64,000 nucleotides of DNA from Fimbriimonadales bacterium. GTDB lineage: Bacteria > Armatimonadota > Fimbriimonadia > Fimbriimonadales > ATM1. The stretch spans positions 426,664 to 490,663 of the forward strand of contig DATMAR010000012.1 in the NCBI GenBank assembly GCA_035559795.1, in the 5' to 3' direction. Below, piece by piece: positions 45,116 to 54,108 of this stretch (positions are counted from its first letter, which is position 1; each line of letters begins with the position of its first letter). A program made the translations under genes and the position numbers. The notes below the pieces were generated by a model that was not told the origin of the DNA, ran no database searches, and was given only the letters and a program-made list of their open reading frames with translations.

Positions 45116-46753
45116 TTATTGATAAACCACGTCGAGGCGAACCATGTCGTACTCGCTCATTTTCTCATCGAGCAAAGTACCGACAGAATTCCATCGCATG
45201 ATCACGCGAACGCGAACCACATAATCGCCAGGATTTACAAAACGTAAAGGCTCTTTCAAATCCCCGGTGGAAACGGTCATGAAGTCCGTGCCGCAGCGTT
45301 GTTTATCCACAGTTATCCATTTCCCTTCGATCACATCGAAGATTTGAATCTCCTGTGTTGCGGGCGTAACGGAATCTTTAGATACGACCGTTACCCCTAA
45401 ACTCGACACATAATCCCCTTCGAGAGAGAAATCGAACTCCGTGCAAGTGTAGAAACTCGAATTGCCGCTATTATACGGATATGCTTTTACGTCATAAGTC
45501 TTTCCTTCTGATTCGAACAAATCCCAAAGACTTCCCGAAACGTACTGACCACTTACAATAGAGACAGCGCTCGGTTTGATTTTCTTAGCCCAAGGAGCAT
45601 CGTCACTCAAAACCCATGCACCTGTCTGTATATCACCGGCGAGGATTTTCTTCTTACCCAAAAACGGATAAACACCCCAACATCCGTCGTACCCCCCCGT
45701 TCCTGCATCGGATGTATCGTACGAAGCGACGAGTTCGAATTTTTTCGTATCGGGATTGATGTCGTGCACCAAAACTCCCGCTTGATACCACGCGGTATAG
45801 ACGCGATAATCCACAATCAGCGGATCATGAGCGCAGTACGATTTCGAAAGAGAAAGAGTATATTCGTCGCGCTTGATCAAATTCACCCCCCCTGCGCCGT
45901 CAGGAACTACCTCGAAAAGCAATATTCCACCGCCTTGTCTTTCCTCTGCAGTTACGATGAACTTTTTGTCAGGAGTCGGCCAGACAGAATGCGTGTTATT
46001 CCCGGGAGCCTCCCCTAAAAACCTCGGCTCTTCTTCCGGAAATTTGGAAACATCGTAGAGAAGGACTCCCAAATCCCAATTGGCAACATACAAAATGCCG
46101 TCGAGAACCGTGATATCATGCACGAAAATATCTGCTCGCCCCCCCTTAGATAAGCCATGGCGAGTGTTCCTGTCATGGTCTGTGTGAAGGATATAAAATG
46201 CATCGCTGATTTTCGCGGGGGGGTCATCGGGATTGTAATCTCTCAAGTCGTAAATGGCAACGTGGGAATCGCGTGAATTCGCTTGATACAGGAACTTGTT
46301 TACCGGGTCGTAAAACAGGTTATGCGCTTCCTCGAACGCGTAATCGGTTTCCACTACCCATGTCAAATGTTTCGGGTTATAAGGGTCGCGCACGTCTACG
46401 ATTTCAATCGCATCTTTACCGTTGTATTCCAAACCGATGAACATCAACCCGTCATAAACCGCTACTTCTTGCGCACTGCAATCGTTATTGGGGCTGGGAA
46501 CGTTGTAAACCTTGGCAACTTTTATGTTGTCGGGGTCAGAAATATCCAAAATCGTCACACGCGGCTGAAAATAGTGACCAATGTACAAAAAGTTTCCATC
46601 ACCCCAAACATCCGCCCACGTTTCTCCCGATTTGTCGTAGTGGGAGCGCATGCTCATATTCAAAGGCGGATCGGTAGCGAAAGCATACGTGAAAAGAAAA
46701 ATCAAAAAGAAAATTCCACTCCGAATTAGAGCATCTGCATTCTGCTTGCCCAT
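45116..46753 (-). CDS. Secreted beta-propeller protein with LVIVD-like repeats
   Basis: Signal peptide. Repeated motifs of the type VTILDISDPDNIK, IEIVDVRDPYNPK, VAIYDLRDYNPDDP and VLLYDVSKFPEEEP. AGGAGG RBS. Confidence 0.55.
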   Translation of the reverse strand: MGKQNADALIRSGIFFLIFLFTYAFATDPPLNMSMRSHYDKSGETWADVWGDGNFLYIGHYFQPRVTILDISDPDNIKVAKVYNVPSPNNDCSAQEVAVYDGLMFIGLEYNGKDAIEIVDVRDPYNPKHLTWVVETDYAFEEAHNLFYDPVNKFLYQANSRDSHVAIYDLRDYNPDDPPAKISDAFYILHTDHDRNTRHGLSKGGRADIFVHDITVLDGILYVANWDLGVLLYDVSKFPEEEPRFLGEAPGNNTHSVWPTPDKKFIVTAEERQGGGILLFEVVPDGAGGVNLIKRDEYTLSLSKSYCAHDPLIVDYRVYTAWYQAGVLVHDINPDTKKFELVASYDTSDAGTGGYDGCWGVYPFLGKKKILAGDIQTGAWVLSDDAPWAKKIKPSAVSIVSGQYVSGSLWDLFESEGKTYDVKAYPYNSGNSSFYTCTEFDFSLEGDYVSSLGVTVVSKDSVTPATQEIQIFDVIEGKWITVDKQRCGTDFMTVSTGDLKEPLRFVNPGDYVVRVRVIMRWNSVGTLLDEKMSEYDMVRLDVVYQ

Positions 46754-46817
46754 CGTTTATAGCCTCCTAAAGGTCGATCTTTACGACGGATTCGAAAACT
46801 GATTTTACTCACTCGCT

Positions 46818-47651
46818 TTAAGAATCTTTTACTCCGACGGAAACGCTGCGGAGATGAGGTTTCGCGATATCCCGATAACCCAAGTGCTCGAAGGGGTCTT
46901 TCCCGGTAACGAGAATCACATCTCGATACGGGTCTTCTCCACACCACCGAAGAGGATAATCCGCACTCATGTAATGATTCACCAACGCCCTCCGATAGAC
47001 ATTCGAGCGATTCTTCTTCGATTGATGAAGCAAATATCCGTCGAAAAACAAAACAGAACCCCTTTTCAATTCCACGGGAATCGCTGCGTCTTCATTCACA
47101 CCCACGCACATCGAACCCACTCCATCGTATTCGTCTCCAGGTGGTTGAGGACCGACTGGATATAGCGGTTCTTTATGCGAGCCGGGAACGACCCATAAAC
47201 ATCCGTTTTCTATCGTCGCATCGTCCAAAGCGATCCACGCACCGGTCAGAGTTCTGTCTTCGGTGGGGATGTAGTATTCGTCCTGATGCCACGCTTGGCC
47301 GGGGAATCCCGGAGGTTTGACGAAAAGCATGCTTTGCATGCACTGCACATTTTCTCCGATAATTTGCCGAAGAATTTTTACGATTTCCGGATGCCGAATA
47401 ACCTCCTCGAGAGTTTTGCTCACTTTATGCGGTTGATGGATGCAAAGGTAATTCTTCAAAACCTCTTCTTCGCTCGCAGTTTCAGGGAGTCGAACGACTC
47501 CGGGTACGTCGTAAGCCCCCCGAAAAATCCGAGTAGTTTCATCCAACAAGGTTCGAATTTCTTCTTCTGTAAGCAGATTCTCTGCTATGAAGAATCCTTT
47601 TTCTTCATAAAATATATTTCTTCTTTCTTCATAAAGCATATTTTTTCCCAA
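46818..47651 (-). CDS. Phytanoyl-CoA dioxygenase (PhyH) family Fe(II)/2-oxoglutarate oxygenase
   Basis: WHQDE (HxD) and a distal H (LLHQS), size 277 aa. Confidence 0.75.
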   Translation of the reverse strand: MGKNMLYEERRNIFYEEKGFFIAENLLTEEEIRTLLDETTRIFRGAYDVPGVVRLPETASEEEVLKNYLCIHQPHKVSKTLEEVIRHPEIVKILRQIIGENVQCMQSMLFVKPPGFPGQAWHQDEYYIPTEDRTLTGAWIALDDATIENGCLWVVPGSHKEPLYPVGPQPPGDEYDGVGSMCVGVNEDAAIPVELKRGSVLFFDGYLLHQSKKNRSNVYRRALVNHYMSADYPLRWCGEDPYRDVILVTGKDPFEHLGYRDIAKPHLRSVSVGVKDS

Positions 47652-47811
47652 ACCAGACGCCTATAAGGATAGGTTACCCCGTGCCCTATTTCCTTCAATA
47701 GATACCCGCATTTTTTTCAGGTTAATGAAATATATTTGATTTTCCTTTCTGAAGTTGAGTCACAATGTAGAGGACGGGTAGTTCAACCCGAATCAAGGAA
47801 AGGAGGAATCC

Positions 47812-48369
47812 ATGAAATCTTTTTTATGGATACCGGTAGTAGCCTTTATCGCTATGAACAGTCTTTTCGCGCAAACGGTAGACGTCAAATACGACGTAAC
47901 CGGGAGCGCAGGAGACTGGACTTTGAACTTCCATGTCTCGAATAACACTCTTCCCGGGGATATGAGCATTTATTTCTTCGGGGTCAAGTTGGATGCAAGA
48001 GACATCGTTGGCAGTCCTCCAAGTTGGGATCCTAACACTTGGACAAGTTGGGATAATTCAGCATATGGCGGCTCGAGCACTATATATAACAACAACTGGA
48101 TCGATCTCGCTTTCGATGCCAACATGGTCCAACCAGGCGAAACACTGGATGGTTTCAAAGCCCATACGACCGTAACCGACATGCCCACCAGCGTGCCGTA
48201 TTTCTTGTTTGCGGTTAGTTTCACGGGCTACGAGTACTATGGCGACGATGCATTCAATGATGGTTGGAACCCTGGTTTCGAAGGAAAGGCGACCATCATT
48301 CCGGAACCGATGAGCATCGCTGCTCTCGGCATGGGAGTGTTGTTGCTGTTAAGGCGAAAAAAGGCATAA
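47812..48369 (+). CDS. PEP-CTERM sorting-signal protein
   Basis: Signal peptide, then a C-terminal IIPEP-MSIAALGMGVLLLL-RRKKA (PEP motif, TM helix, basic tail). Confidence 0.85.
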   Translation: MKSFLWIPVVAFIAMNSLFAQTVDVKYDVTGSAGDWTLNFHVSNNTLPGDMSIYFFGVKLDARDIVGSPPSWDPNTWTSWDNSAYGGSSTIYNNNWIDLAFDANMVQPGETLDGFKAHTTVTDMPTSVPYFLFAVSFTGYEYYGDDAFNDGWNPGFEGKATIIPEPMSIAALGMGVLLLLRRKKA

Positions 48370-48404
48370 TTCTCCAATCCCGTTTGGGAGATGAGAAGCA
48401 GGAG

Positions 48405-48436
48405 AGGTGCTTAGGAAACTAAGCACCTTTTCTCTT
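48405..48436 (+). terminator. Rho-independent terminator of the PEP-CTERM gene
   Basis: AGGTGCTTAG-GAAA-CTAAGCACCT followed by TTTTCTCTT. Confidence 0.8.
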
Positions 48437-48477
48437 GGACTACCTATACACACGATTTCGGGGTTAGACTTCTCAAT

Positions 48478-50445
48478 ATGGCAGTTGTCCTCGACAAGGG
48501 TGAAACTGCACCTGAACCCATTCTAAGACCTCAACCCGTGCGTCTTCGCGCAATCGTTTGGGGGTTTTTGTTCGTATTTCCTGTCTGTTTTTGGAACGCT
48601 TGGCAGCCTACGGGAACGATTTATTCCCTTCTTTTCAGCACGATGGCAGCGCTCATCGTCATCGTCGCCCTCAACGCCTTCCTGCACCGCTTTCTCCCTC
48701 GCTTCTCATTGAATACCGCCGACATGATTGTGATGTTCGGGATTATCAGTTCCGCCTCCGCGATTTCCGGGGAATGGACATTTCTCAACATGCAATACAA
48801 CCACGTCTACGCCGGATTCAAAGAGCGTGAACCGCTATACGAAGAAGTCTTTTTGAAATACATCCCCACCTCGATGTATTTCACCGATCCGGACGAGGTG
48901 CGAGAATACGTAGCGGGGGGGCATGGTTATTGGTATTTCTTGAGCAAGTTCCACTTATGGGCTCCGAAAATTCTCATGTGGGTTCTTCTCTATGGGCTAA
49001 TCACGATAGCGCTGCTTTGCGTAAACAGCATCATGCGCGATGCGTGGCTTCGCCAGGAAAGGCTGAGTTTTCCATTGATTCAACTCCCTGTCGCCATGAT
49101 GGAGGAAAACGGCAGAGGACTGATTTGGCGAAGTAAAGCGATGTGGATTGCGTTCACTATCATGTTCGCCATAGATATGCTCAACGGTTTTCAATATCTA
49201 AAACCGAATTTACCGAGCATTCCCGTAAAAGAATGGGTTAACCTGCAATTGTTTTTTCCAGACCCCCCCCTTCGCGCCATAGGCTATACACCCCTCGCGG
49301 TTTATCCTTTTCTCGCGGCGCTCGCTCTTTTCGTTCCCAGCGACCTTCTTTTTTCGGTGATTTTCTTTTTCATCGTGCGAAAGGCTCTTTTAGTGCTTTT
49401 AGCGGTTTATGGAATCGAGGGTGGAGGAACTTTCGCCGGCGGATTCCTTCATCCAGCCCCCCCCTATTTCACGGAGCAAACCTGGGGGGCAATTTTCGGT
49501 TTGTTGGCAACCGCGTTATGGGTAGCGCGCTCTCACTTGAAAAAAGTTTGGCAAGATATCAAAACCGGAGCGACTGCAGAGGACGGCGGAATCCCGCACC
49601 GCTGGGCATTCGTGTTGTTTTTGATCTGCACGGGGGGGGTACTCGTCTTTATGGCATACGGCGACTTGCCCATCGCGCTGATGATTCCGTATTTCTTGGC
49701 GTTCGTGGGATTCAGTTTCGTCCTCACGAGAATGCGCGCGCAACTCGGACCTCCCACTCACGAGTTCGCTTTTTTAGGTCCTAATCAACTTCTCATGAAT
49801 TTTTATGGGACGCATTATCTCACCGATAAAAACGCCACTTACCTTTCCACGCTTTTTTTAAGCATCAATCGTCTCTCTCGTTCGCATCCCATGCCTGTAC
49901 AAATCGAGGCGATGAAAATGGCAGACAATGCGCGCGTCCATCAAGGAACATTCTTCGCGCTTCTTGCAGTCGCATTGCTGTTCGGTATTTTCGTGGGAAG
50001 TTTCTGGATGGTCCAACGCGGTTATGTGCGAGGATCTGATGCGGGATGGGGAGACCCTGTTTTCATCGTGAAATACATTCGAGAAAATCGTCACGGTCCC
50101 AATCTCGTGGGAATGGCATTCGTGTTCGTAGGCTTTGCTGTAACGACGATTTTGGACGTATTGCGATTTCGTTTCCCTGGTTTCAAACTCCACCCGGTAG
50201 GCTACGCGCTCAGCATGAATTTCGGAGTGGATTATTATTGGTTCGGGCTCGTAATTGCGCTCATCGCAAAAACCGCCGTGCAAAGGTATTACGGGTTGCG
50301 AGGGTATCGTCAACTCCGCTATGTCGCTTTCGGAATTCTCATTGCGGAATTCACCGCTGAACTTATTTGGGCTTCCTATGCTATGCTGACCCGTCAAAGC
50401 ACTTATACGATCGGATTCAACGAACGCGGAGTCGGGAGTCAATGA
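48478..50445 (+). CDS. Large polytopic membrane protein of unknown function (about 14 TM)
   Basis: Hydrophobic helices throughout and no catalytic motif recognised. Its stop overlaps the next start (ATGA). Confidence 0.6.
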   Translation: MAVVLDKGETAPEPILRPQPVRLRAIVWGFLFVFPVCFWNAWQPTGTIYSLLFSTMAALIVIVALNAFLHRFLPRFSLNTADMIVMFGIISSASAISGEWTFLNMQYNHVYAGFKEREPLYEEVFLKYIPTSMYFTDPDEVREYVAGGHGYWYFLSKFHLWAPKILMWVLLYGLITIALLCVNSIMRDAWLRQERLSFPLIQLPVAMMEENGRGLIWRSKAMWIAFTIMFAIDMLNGFQYLKPNLPSIPVKEWVNLQLFFPDPPLRAIGYTPLAVYPFLAALALFVPSDLLFSVIFFFIVRKALLVLLAVYGIEGGGTFAGGFLHPAPPYFTEQTWGAIFGLLATALWVARSHLKKVWQDIKTGATAEDGGIPHRWAFVLFLICTGGVLVFMAYGDLPIALMIPYFLAFVGFSFVLTRMRAQLGPPTHEFAFLGPNQLLMNFYGTHYLTDKNATYLSTLFLSINRLSRSHPMPVQIEAMKMADNARVHQGTFFALLAVALLFGIFVGSFWMVQRGYVRGSDAGWGDPVFIVKYIRENRHGPNLVGMAFVFVGFAVTTILDVLRFRFPGFKLHPVGYALSMNFGVDYYWFGLVIALIAKTAVQRYYGLRGYRQLRYVAFGILIAEFTAELIWASYAMLTRQSTYTIGFNERGVGSQ

Positions 50446-51878
50446 ACGAAAACGAAAACTTTTCTAAAAGCGAAGAATGGATTCCCGAACCCTATGAGCC
50501 CCCCCCTTCCCCTCGAATGCCAACCGCGCCATGGGCGTGGTGGTTGCTCGCCTTTTCCTTCCTCGCTCTCGCTTCCCTTATTACTCTAACTTTCTTTTTT
50601 CCAGGTCCTTTCAAAAAAGACACGAGGGAGTTGATTCAAAAACTAAACTCTTACGAAAAAAACCTCGAGTCAATGGAGAGAGACGACGCAACAATAAAAA
50701 AAATCGTCGCAGACATTCGCTCTCGAAAATGGGAGACGAAAGGGGCTAAAGGGGAAGCGGCAAGGGTGCTTCTCGTATTGTCCCAAGCTCTTTCGTCCCC
50801 CCCCAAGCCGGATTTTCGAAACCTGAATGCAGAAACCGACGACATCGAGACGAAATCTCTGAAAGAAGAACTCGAAAAGCAAAGAGAGGCACTCAACGAA
50901 GCCCTTCGCAAAATCTACTCCTCGAAGACGCTTTCTCTTTCCGAAGCGCATAAACTCGCGCAAACGCTCGCTGCGAATCGAATTACGGACTTTCCTTACG
51001 AATGGGCAATAGAAGAGGCTTATAAAAGAGCAGGAATAACACGAGAAGAACTCATCGAGGAAAGGGTGATGCCCGGTATCGGCTTTTTGTTTTTTTCTGG
51101 GCTTGTCTGTTGGACATTTTATTTTTCCCTGCGCAGAAGAGGATTTTTAAAACCGAAAGGGATTCCTTTGGAAGGTGAATCTCTGCAAACGGCAGATAGT
51201 TTGGGCATTCGCGCATTAGTCGGTCTTGCGCTTTCCATTGTCGGTCCCGCTGTATTCGGGTATCCGTTTAGTTTTTTCATTCCTCCCATTTGGGCGATCT
51301 TCATCGGAGAGGCTATTGCGATATTTTTGTTCGTTCTTTATCTGCGAAAACCTGTATTGGGGGTGAGTTTTCCCCTATCGCATTTGGGAATTCACAAACC
51401 AAAAATGAGCGATTTGCTCTGGGGAATATGGGGCTTCTTCGCCAATTTCCCCATTATCTTCGTCGCTTTTTTTGTAAGCCAATACCTTTTCAATTGGCTC
51501 CCTTCCGAGCAACACCCCGTTTTCAGAGAACTGTTCACCCCTCGCACGCTCTTTCCCGCATTTTTGAACGCGGCCATTCTCGCCCCGATTCTAGAAGAAA
51601 TATTCTTTCGTGGATGCATCTTTCAAGGCTTGAGCCTTCGGCTGAAAAAAGTCGGCGCCGCTATTTTCTTCTCTTCCTTGGCTTTTGCCGTCGTTCATCC
51701 ACAGGGAGGGCAATTATGGTTGGTGTTGGGATGGATTGGAGCAATGGGAGCGATTCTCACGTGGCAAACCGGATCCTTGGTAGCAGCCATTGTCATGCAT
51801 GCGCTCCACAACACGACTGTAATTCTTGCGGCTCTCTACGCTCCTGTGAGCATGGTTTACCCGTGGTATCCGCGATAG
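50442..51878 (+). CDS. CPBP-family intramembrane glutamic endopeptidase (CAAX protease-like) with long N-terminal coiled-coil region
   Basis: EEIFFRG, FAVVHP and HALHN motifs in the C-terminal TM domain. The ATG at 50442 overlaps the upstream TGA. Confidence 0.85.
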   Translation: MNENENFSKSEEWIPEPYEPPPSPRMPTAPWAWWLLAFSFLALASLITLTFFFPGPFKKDTRELIQKLNSYEKNLESMERDDATIKKIVADIRSRKWETKGAKGEAARVLLVLSQALSSPPKPDFRNLNAETDDIETKSLKEELEKQREALNEALRKIYSSKTLSLSEAHKLAQTLAANRITDFPYEWAIEEAYKRAGITREELIEERVMPGIGFLFFSGLVCWTFYFSLRRRGFLKPKGIPLEGESLQTADSLGIRALVGLALSIVGPAVFGYPFSFFIPPIWAIFIGEAIAIFLFVLYLRKPVLGVSFPLSHLGIHKPKMSDLLWGIWGFFANFPIIFVAFFVSQYLFNWLPSEQHPVFRELFTPRTLFPAFLNAAILAPILEEIFFRGCIFQGLSLRLKKVGAAIFFSSLAFAVVHPQGGQLWLVLGWIGAMGAILTWQTGSLVAAIVMHALHNTTVILAALYAPVSMVYPWYPR

Positions 51879-51888
51879 ACCCCTGTTT

Positions 51889-51897
51889 TGCTATAAT
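51889..51897 (+). promoter_or_regulatory. Extended -10 promoter element (TGcTATAAT) upstream of efp
   Basis: TGCTATAAT lies 43 nt before the efp TTG start. No good -35 element. Confidence 0.45.
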
Positions 51898-51939
51898 ATA
51901 AGTTCCTATTACTACTAACCAAATGAGGCAGCGATTCCC

Positions 51940-52509
51940 TTGGCTATAGACACGAGTGATTTCAAAACAGGTATGTGCATCTATCTCGATGGAGATGTTT
52001 ATCAACTCATCGAGTTTCAACACGTCAAACCGGGAAAAGGTGGCGCTTTCGTACGAACGAAGCTGAAACGTTTGAAAACCGGACAAGTTTTAGAAAAGAC
52101 CTTTCGCGCTGGTGAACGGATAGAGCCTGCGTTTGTCGAAAAAAGAAATCTGCAATTTCTCTACCGTACTGATGACCAAATCACCTGCATGGATATGGAA
52201 ACTTTCGACCAAGAGACTTATCCGGTTTCGCTTTTCGGCGAGGCTGCAAAATACTTGCTCGAGGGAATGACCGTTCAAGCATTGACTGCCGATGGCGAGG
52301 TCATCGGTTTGGAAGTGCCGACTTTCGTCGAACAGAAAGTCGTGGAAACTGACCCGAGTTTTAAAGGAGATACGGTGAGTGGAGGGAAACCTGCGAAACT
52401 CGAGAGCGGTGCAGTGGTGATTGTCCCGTTCCATATCAACGTCGGGGACGTCATTAAAGTAGATACTCGAACTGACACCTATTTAGAAAGAACACAAACG
52501 GCAGGTTAA
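51940..52509 (+). CDS. efp: Elongation factor P
   Basis: DFKTGM..LDG..Y.L.EFQHVKPGKGGAFVRTKLK, 189 aa, TTG start. Confidence 0.95.
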   Translation: MAIDTSDFKTGMCIYLDGDVYQLIEFQHVKPGKGGAFVRTKLKRLKTGQVLEKTFRAGERIEPAFVEKRNLQFLYRTDDQITCMDMETFDQETYPVSLFGEAAKYLLEGMTVQALTADGEVIGLEVPTFVEQKVVETDPSFKGDTVSGGKPAKLESGAVVIVPFHINVGDVIKVDTRTDTYLERTQTAG

Positions 52510-52513
52510 TTCT

Positions 52514-53650
52514 ATGTCTAAACCAACTCCTTCTACACCCACACTCTCTTATCGTTATGATTGGTTCTCTACGGTCCTCGAATGGGGCTCTTCGAAATTC
52601 TTAACGATTGGCATCATCCTCACCTTGATTTGCACGGTCGGATTGATTTACTACGTCAACCATTTCAGCAACATTTATTTGAATCCGACATCCGAACAAG
52701 AATTGAAAATCATCAAGGAGGGGGAAACTTATATTCGTTATCTCCAGATTGGGTTGATTGTCGGCTTGGTCTTATTCGGTTTAGGGATGACATCGCTTTT
52801 CTGGGGCGATATCGCTTTGCCATTGATTCTATTTTTGGTTGCGATTGTCTATTTCTTGGCAGATGAATGGGTTCCCGCCCTCGGAGTCAGTTATCGAGAG
52901 ACGAGTCCAAGCGCATATGCTCTTGCGAGTGGAGCGATGGGCTCATTGACTTTGGGGGGGCTCGTTTTAGGCATCGGAGCGATTCTTGTGCAAATTGCCG
53001 ATGTCGCCGCGCGTATGCGACTGCGTGCAATTTATGGAGCTAAGGGAGACGTCATCAAATACGGGGCAGGTGTTCGTGAGGAAAGCGATTATCGAAACGT
53101 GTTCATGGGGAAATGCTGGCAGCTTCCCTTCTGTCGCAAATTTATACGAGAAAAATGCCCGATTTACCATAGCCGTCGCACATGTTGGAAAGAACGCGTA
53201 GGATGTATGTGCGAAGAAGACGTCATACGAAACGCAATGGCTGGCCAAACGATTCCACGCGAAGCGGTGGCAGCAGCAAAATTTATTCCCTACAATACTC
53301 GTTTGACTCCTGAACAAAAAGCGGAGCGATGTCGTCAATGCGTAATTTATAACGAGCATCAACGACATAAATACAAACTCATGCTTTGGGCTACTATGGG
53401 TTTAACCGGCTTCATCTATACAATTTTCCACACACCCTTGCTCGAGAGCACGAATAAACTGCTCATCGATTTCGACCAAGCAATGCATCGATTCACGTTC
53501 TCGACGCAAGTCCCGGGGGGGACTCAAATCGCAAACGTTTCGACGAGCCCTGACTTGCTCACGGAGATCGTTCTTCTGGGATTCGTTTTACTCGTTATGG
53601 CTCAGGTACTCAAAGTCGTGGAATTTTGCGTTTTCAAACTCAAAATATGA
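52514..53650 (+). CDS. Polytopic membrane protein with Cys-rich cytoplasmic domain, unknown function
   Basis: About 4 N-terminal and 2 C-terminal TM helices flank CWQLPFCRKFIREKCPIYHSRRTCWKERVGCMCEE ... CRQC. Confidence 0.6.
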   Translation: MSKPTPSTPTLSYRYDWFSTVLEWGSSKFLTIGIILTLICTVGLIYYVNHFSNIYLNPTSEQELKIIKEGETYIRYLQIGLIVGLVLFGLGMTSLFWGDIALPLILFLVAIVYFLADEWVPALGVSYRETSPSAYALASGAMGSLTLGGLVLGIGAILVQIADVAARMRLRAIYGAKGDVIKYGAGVREESDYRNVFMGKCWQLPFCRKFIREKCPIYHSRRTCWKERVGCMCEEDVIRNAMAGQTIPREAVAAAKFIPYNTRLTPEQKAERCRQCVIYNEHQRHKYKLMLWATMGLTGFIYTIFHTPLLESTNKLLIDFDQAMHRFTFSTQVPGGTQIANVSTSPDLLTEIVLLGFVLLVMAQVLKVVEFCVFKLKI

Positions 53651-54078
53651 GCGGCTTTACGCGAGAAGAAATAGAAGAATTCGTCAACCTTGCACGCAAA
53701 CACGGTTTAACATCGGTAGAAATTCGTCAAGGAGAGAAAGCACTGCGTTTCGAACTCGGTCCAGAACCGGCCTCTCCATCGAGTAAAGTGGCTTTAATCG
53801 CAACGGAAAAAGAAACACCCGAAGAAGTGAGCATCGTAAGAAGCAACTTAGTGGGTTATTTTCGAAATTTGCAAACTCCTATTAAGCCCGGAGACATGGT
53901 ACAAGAAGACACCATCATCGGCATCATCGAATCTTTGGGCTTGGAAAATGAAATCTTTGCAGGAGTAGATGGTATCATTGAAGAAATTTTCGTGGTAGAT
54001 GGACAACCGGTGGAGTACGGTCAACCCATCGCTAAAATACGCAAGCGAACGCCTGTCGCAATCGAAACGAGAGAATAA
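53647..54078 (+). CDS. Biotin carboxyl carrier protein (AccB) homologue lacking the biotinyl-lysine
   Basis: AccB-like N-domain (EEIEEFVNLARKHGLTSVEI) and biotinyl-domain fold (IVRSNLVGYF...GQPVEYGQPI). The E-A-M-K-M hairpin reads E-S-L-G-L. The ATG overlaps the upstream TGA. Confidence 0.8.
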   Translation: MSGFTREEIEEFVNLARKHGLTSVEIRQGEKALRFELGPEPASPSSKVALIATEKETPEEVSIVRSNLVGYFRNLQTPIKPGDMVQEDTIIGIIESLGLENEIFAGVDGIIEEIFVVDGQPVEYGQPIAKIRKRTPVAIETRE

Positions 54079-54108
54079 AAAACAAGAGAATAAAATAGCA
54101 ACGAGAGA

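Noticed and set aside
44968-45201. 77-aa ORF with internally repeated peptide (YRALWRSYERRK / YRPLRRSYERRK)
   Set aside because: It is produced by reading through the REP-like triplet. The repeat structure is at the DNA level, and there is no RBS or coding signal.
48478-50445. Is the 655-aa membrane protein an exosortase for the adjacent PEP-CTERM protein?
   Set aside because: It is about twice the size of exosortases, and I cannot find the conserved Cys/Arg/His catalytic pattern. It is left as unknown.
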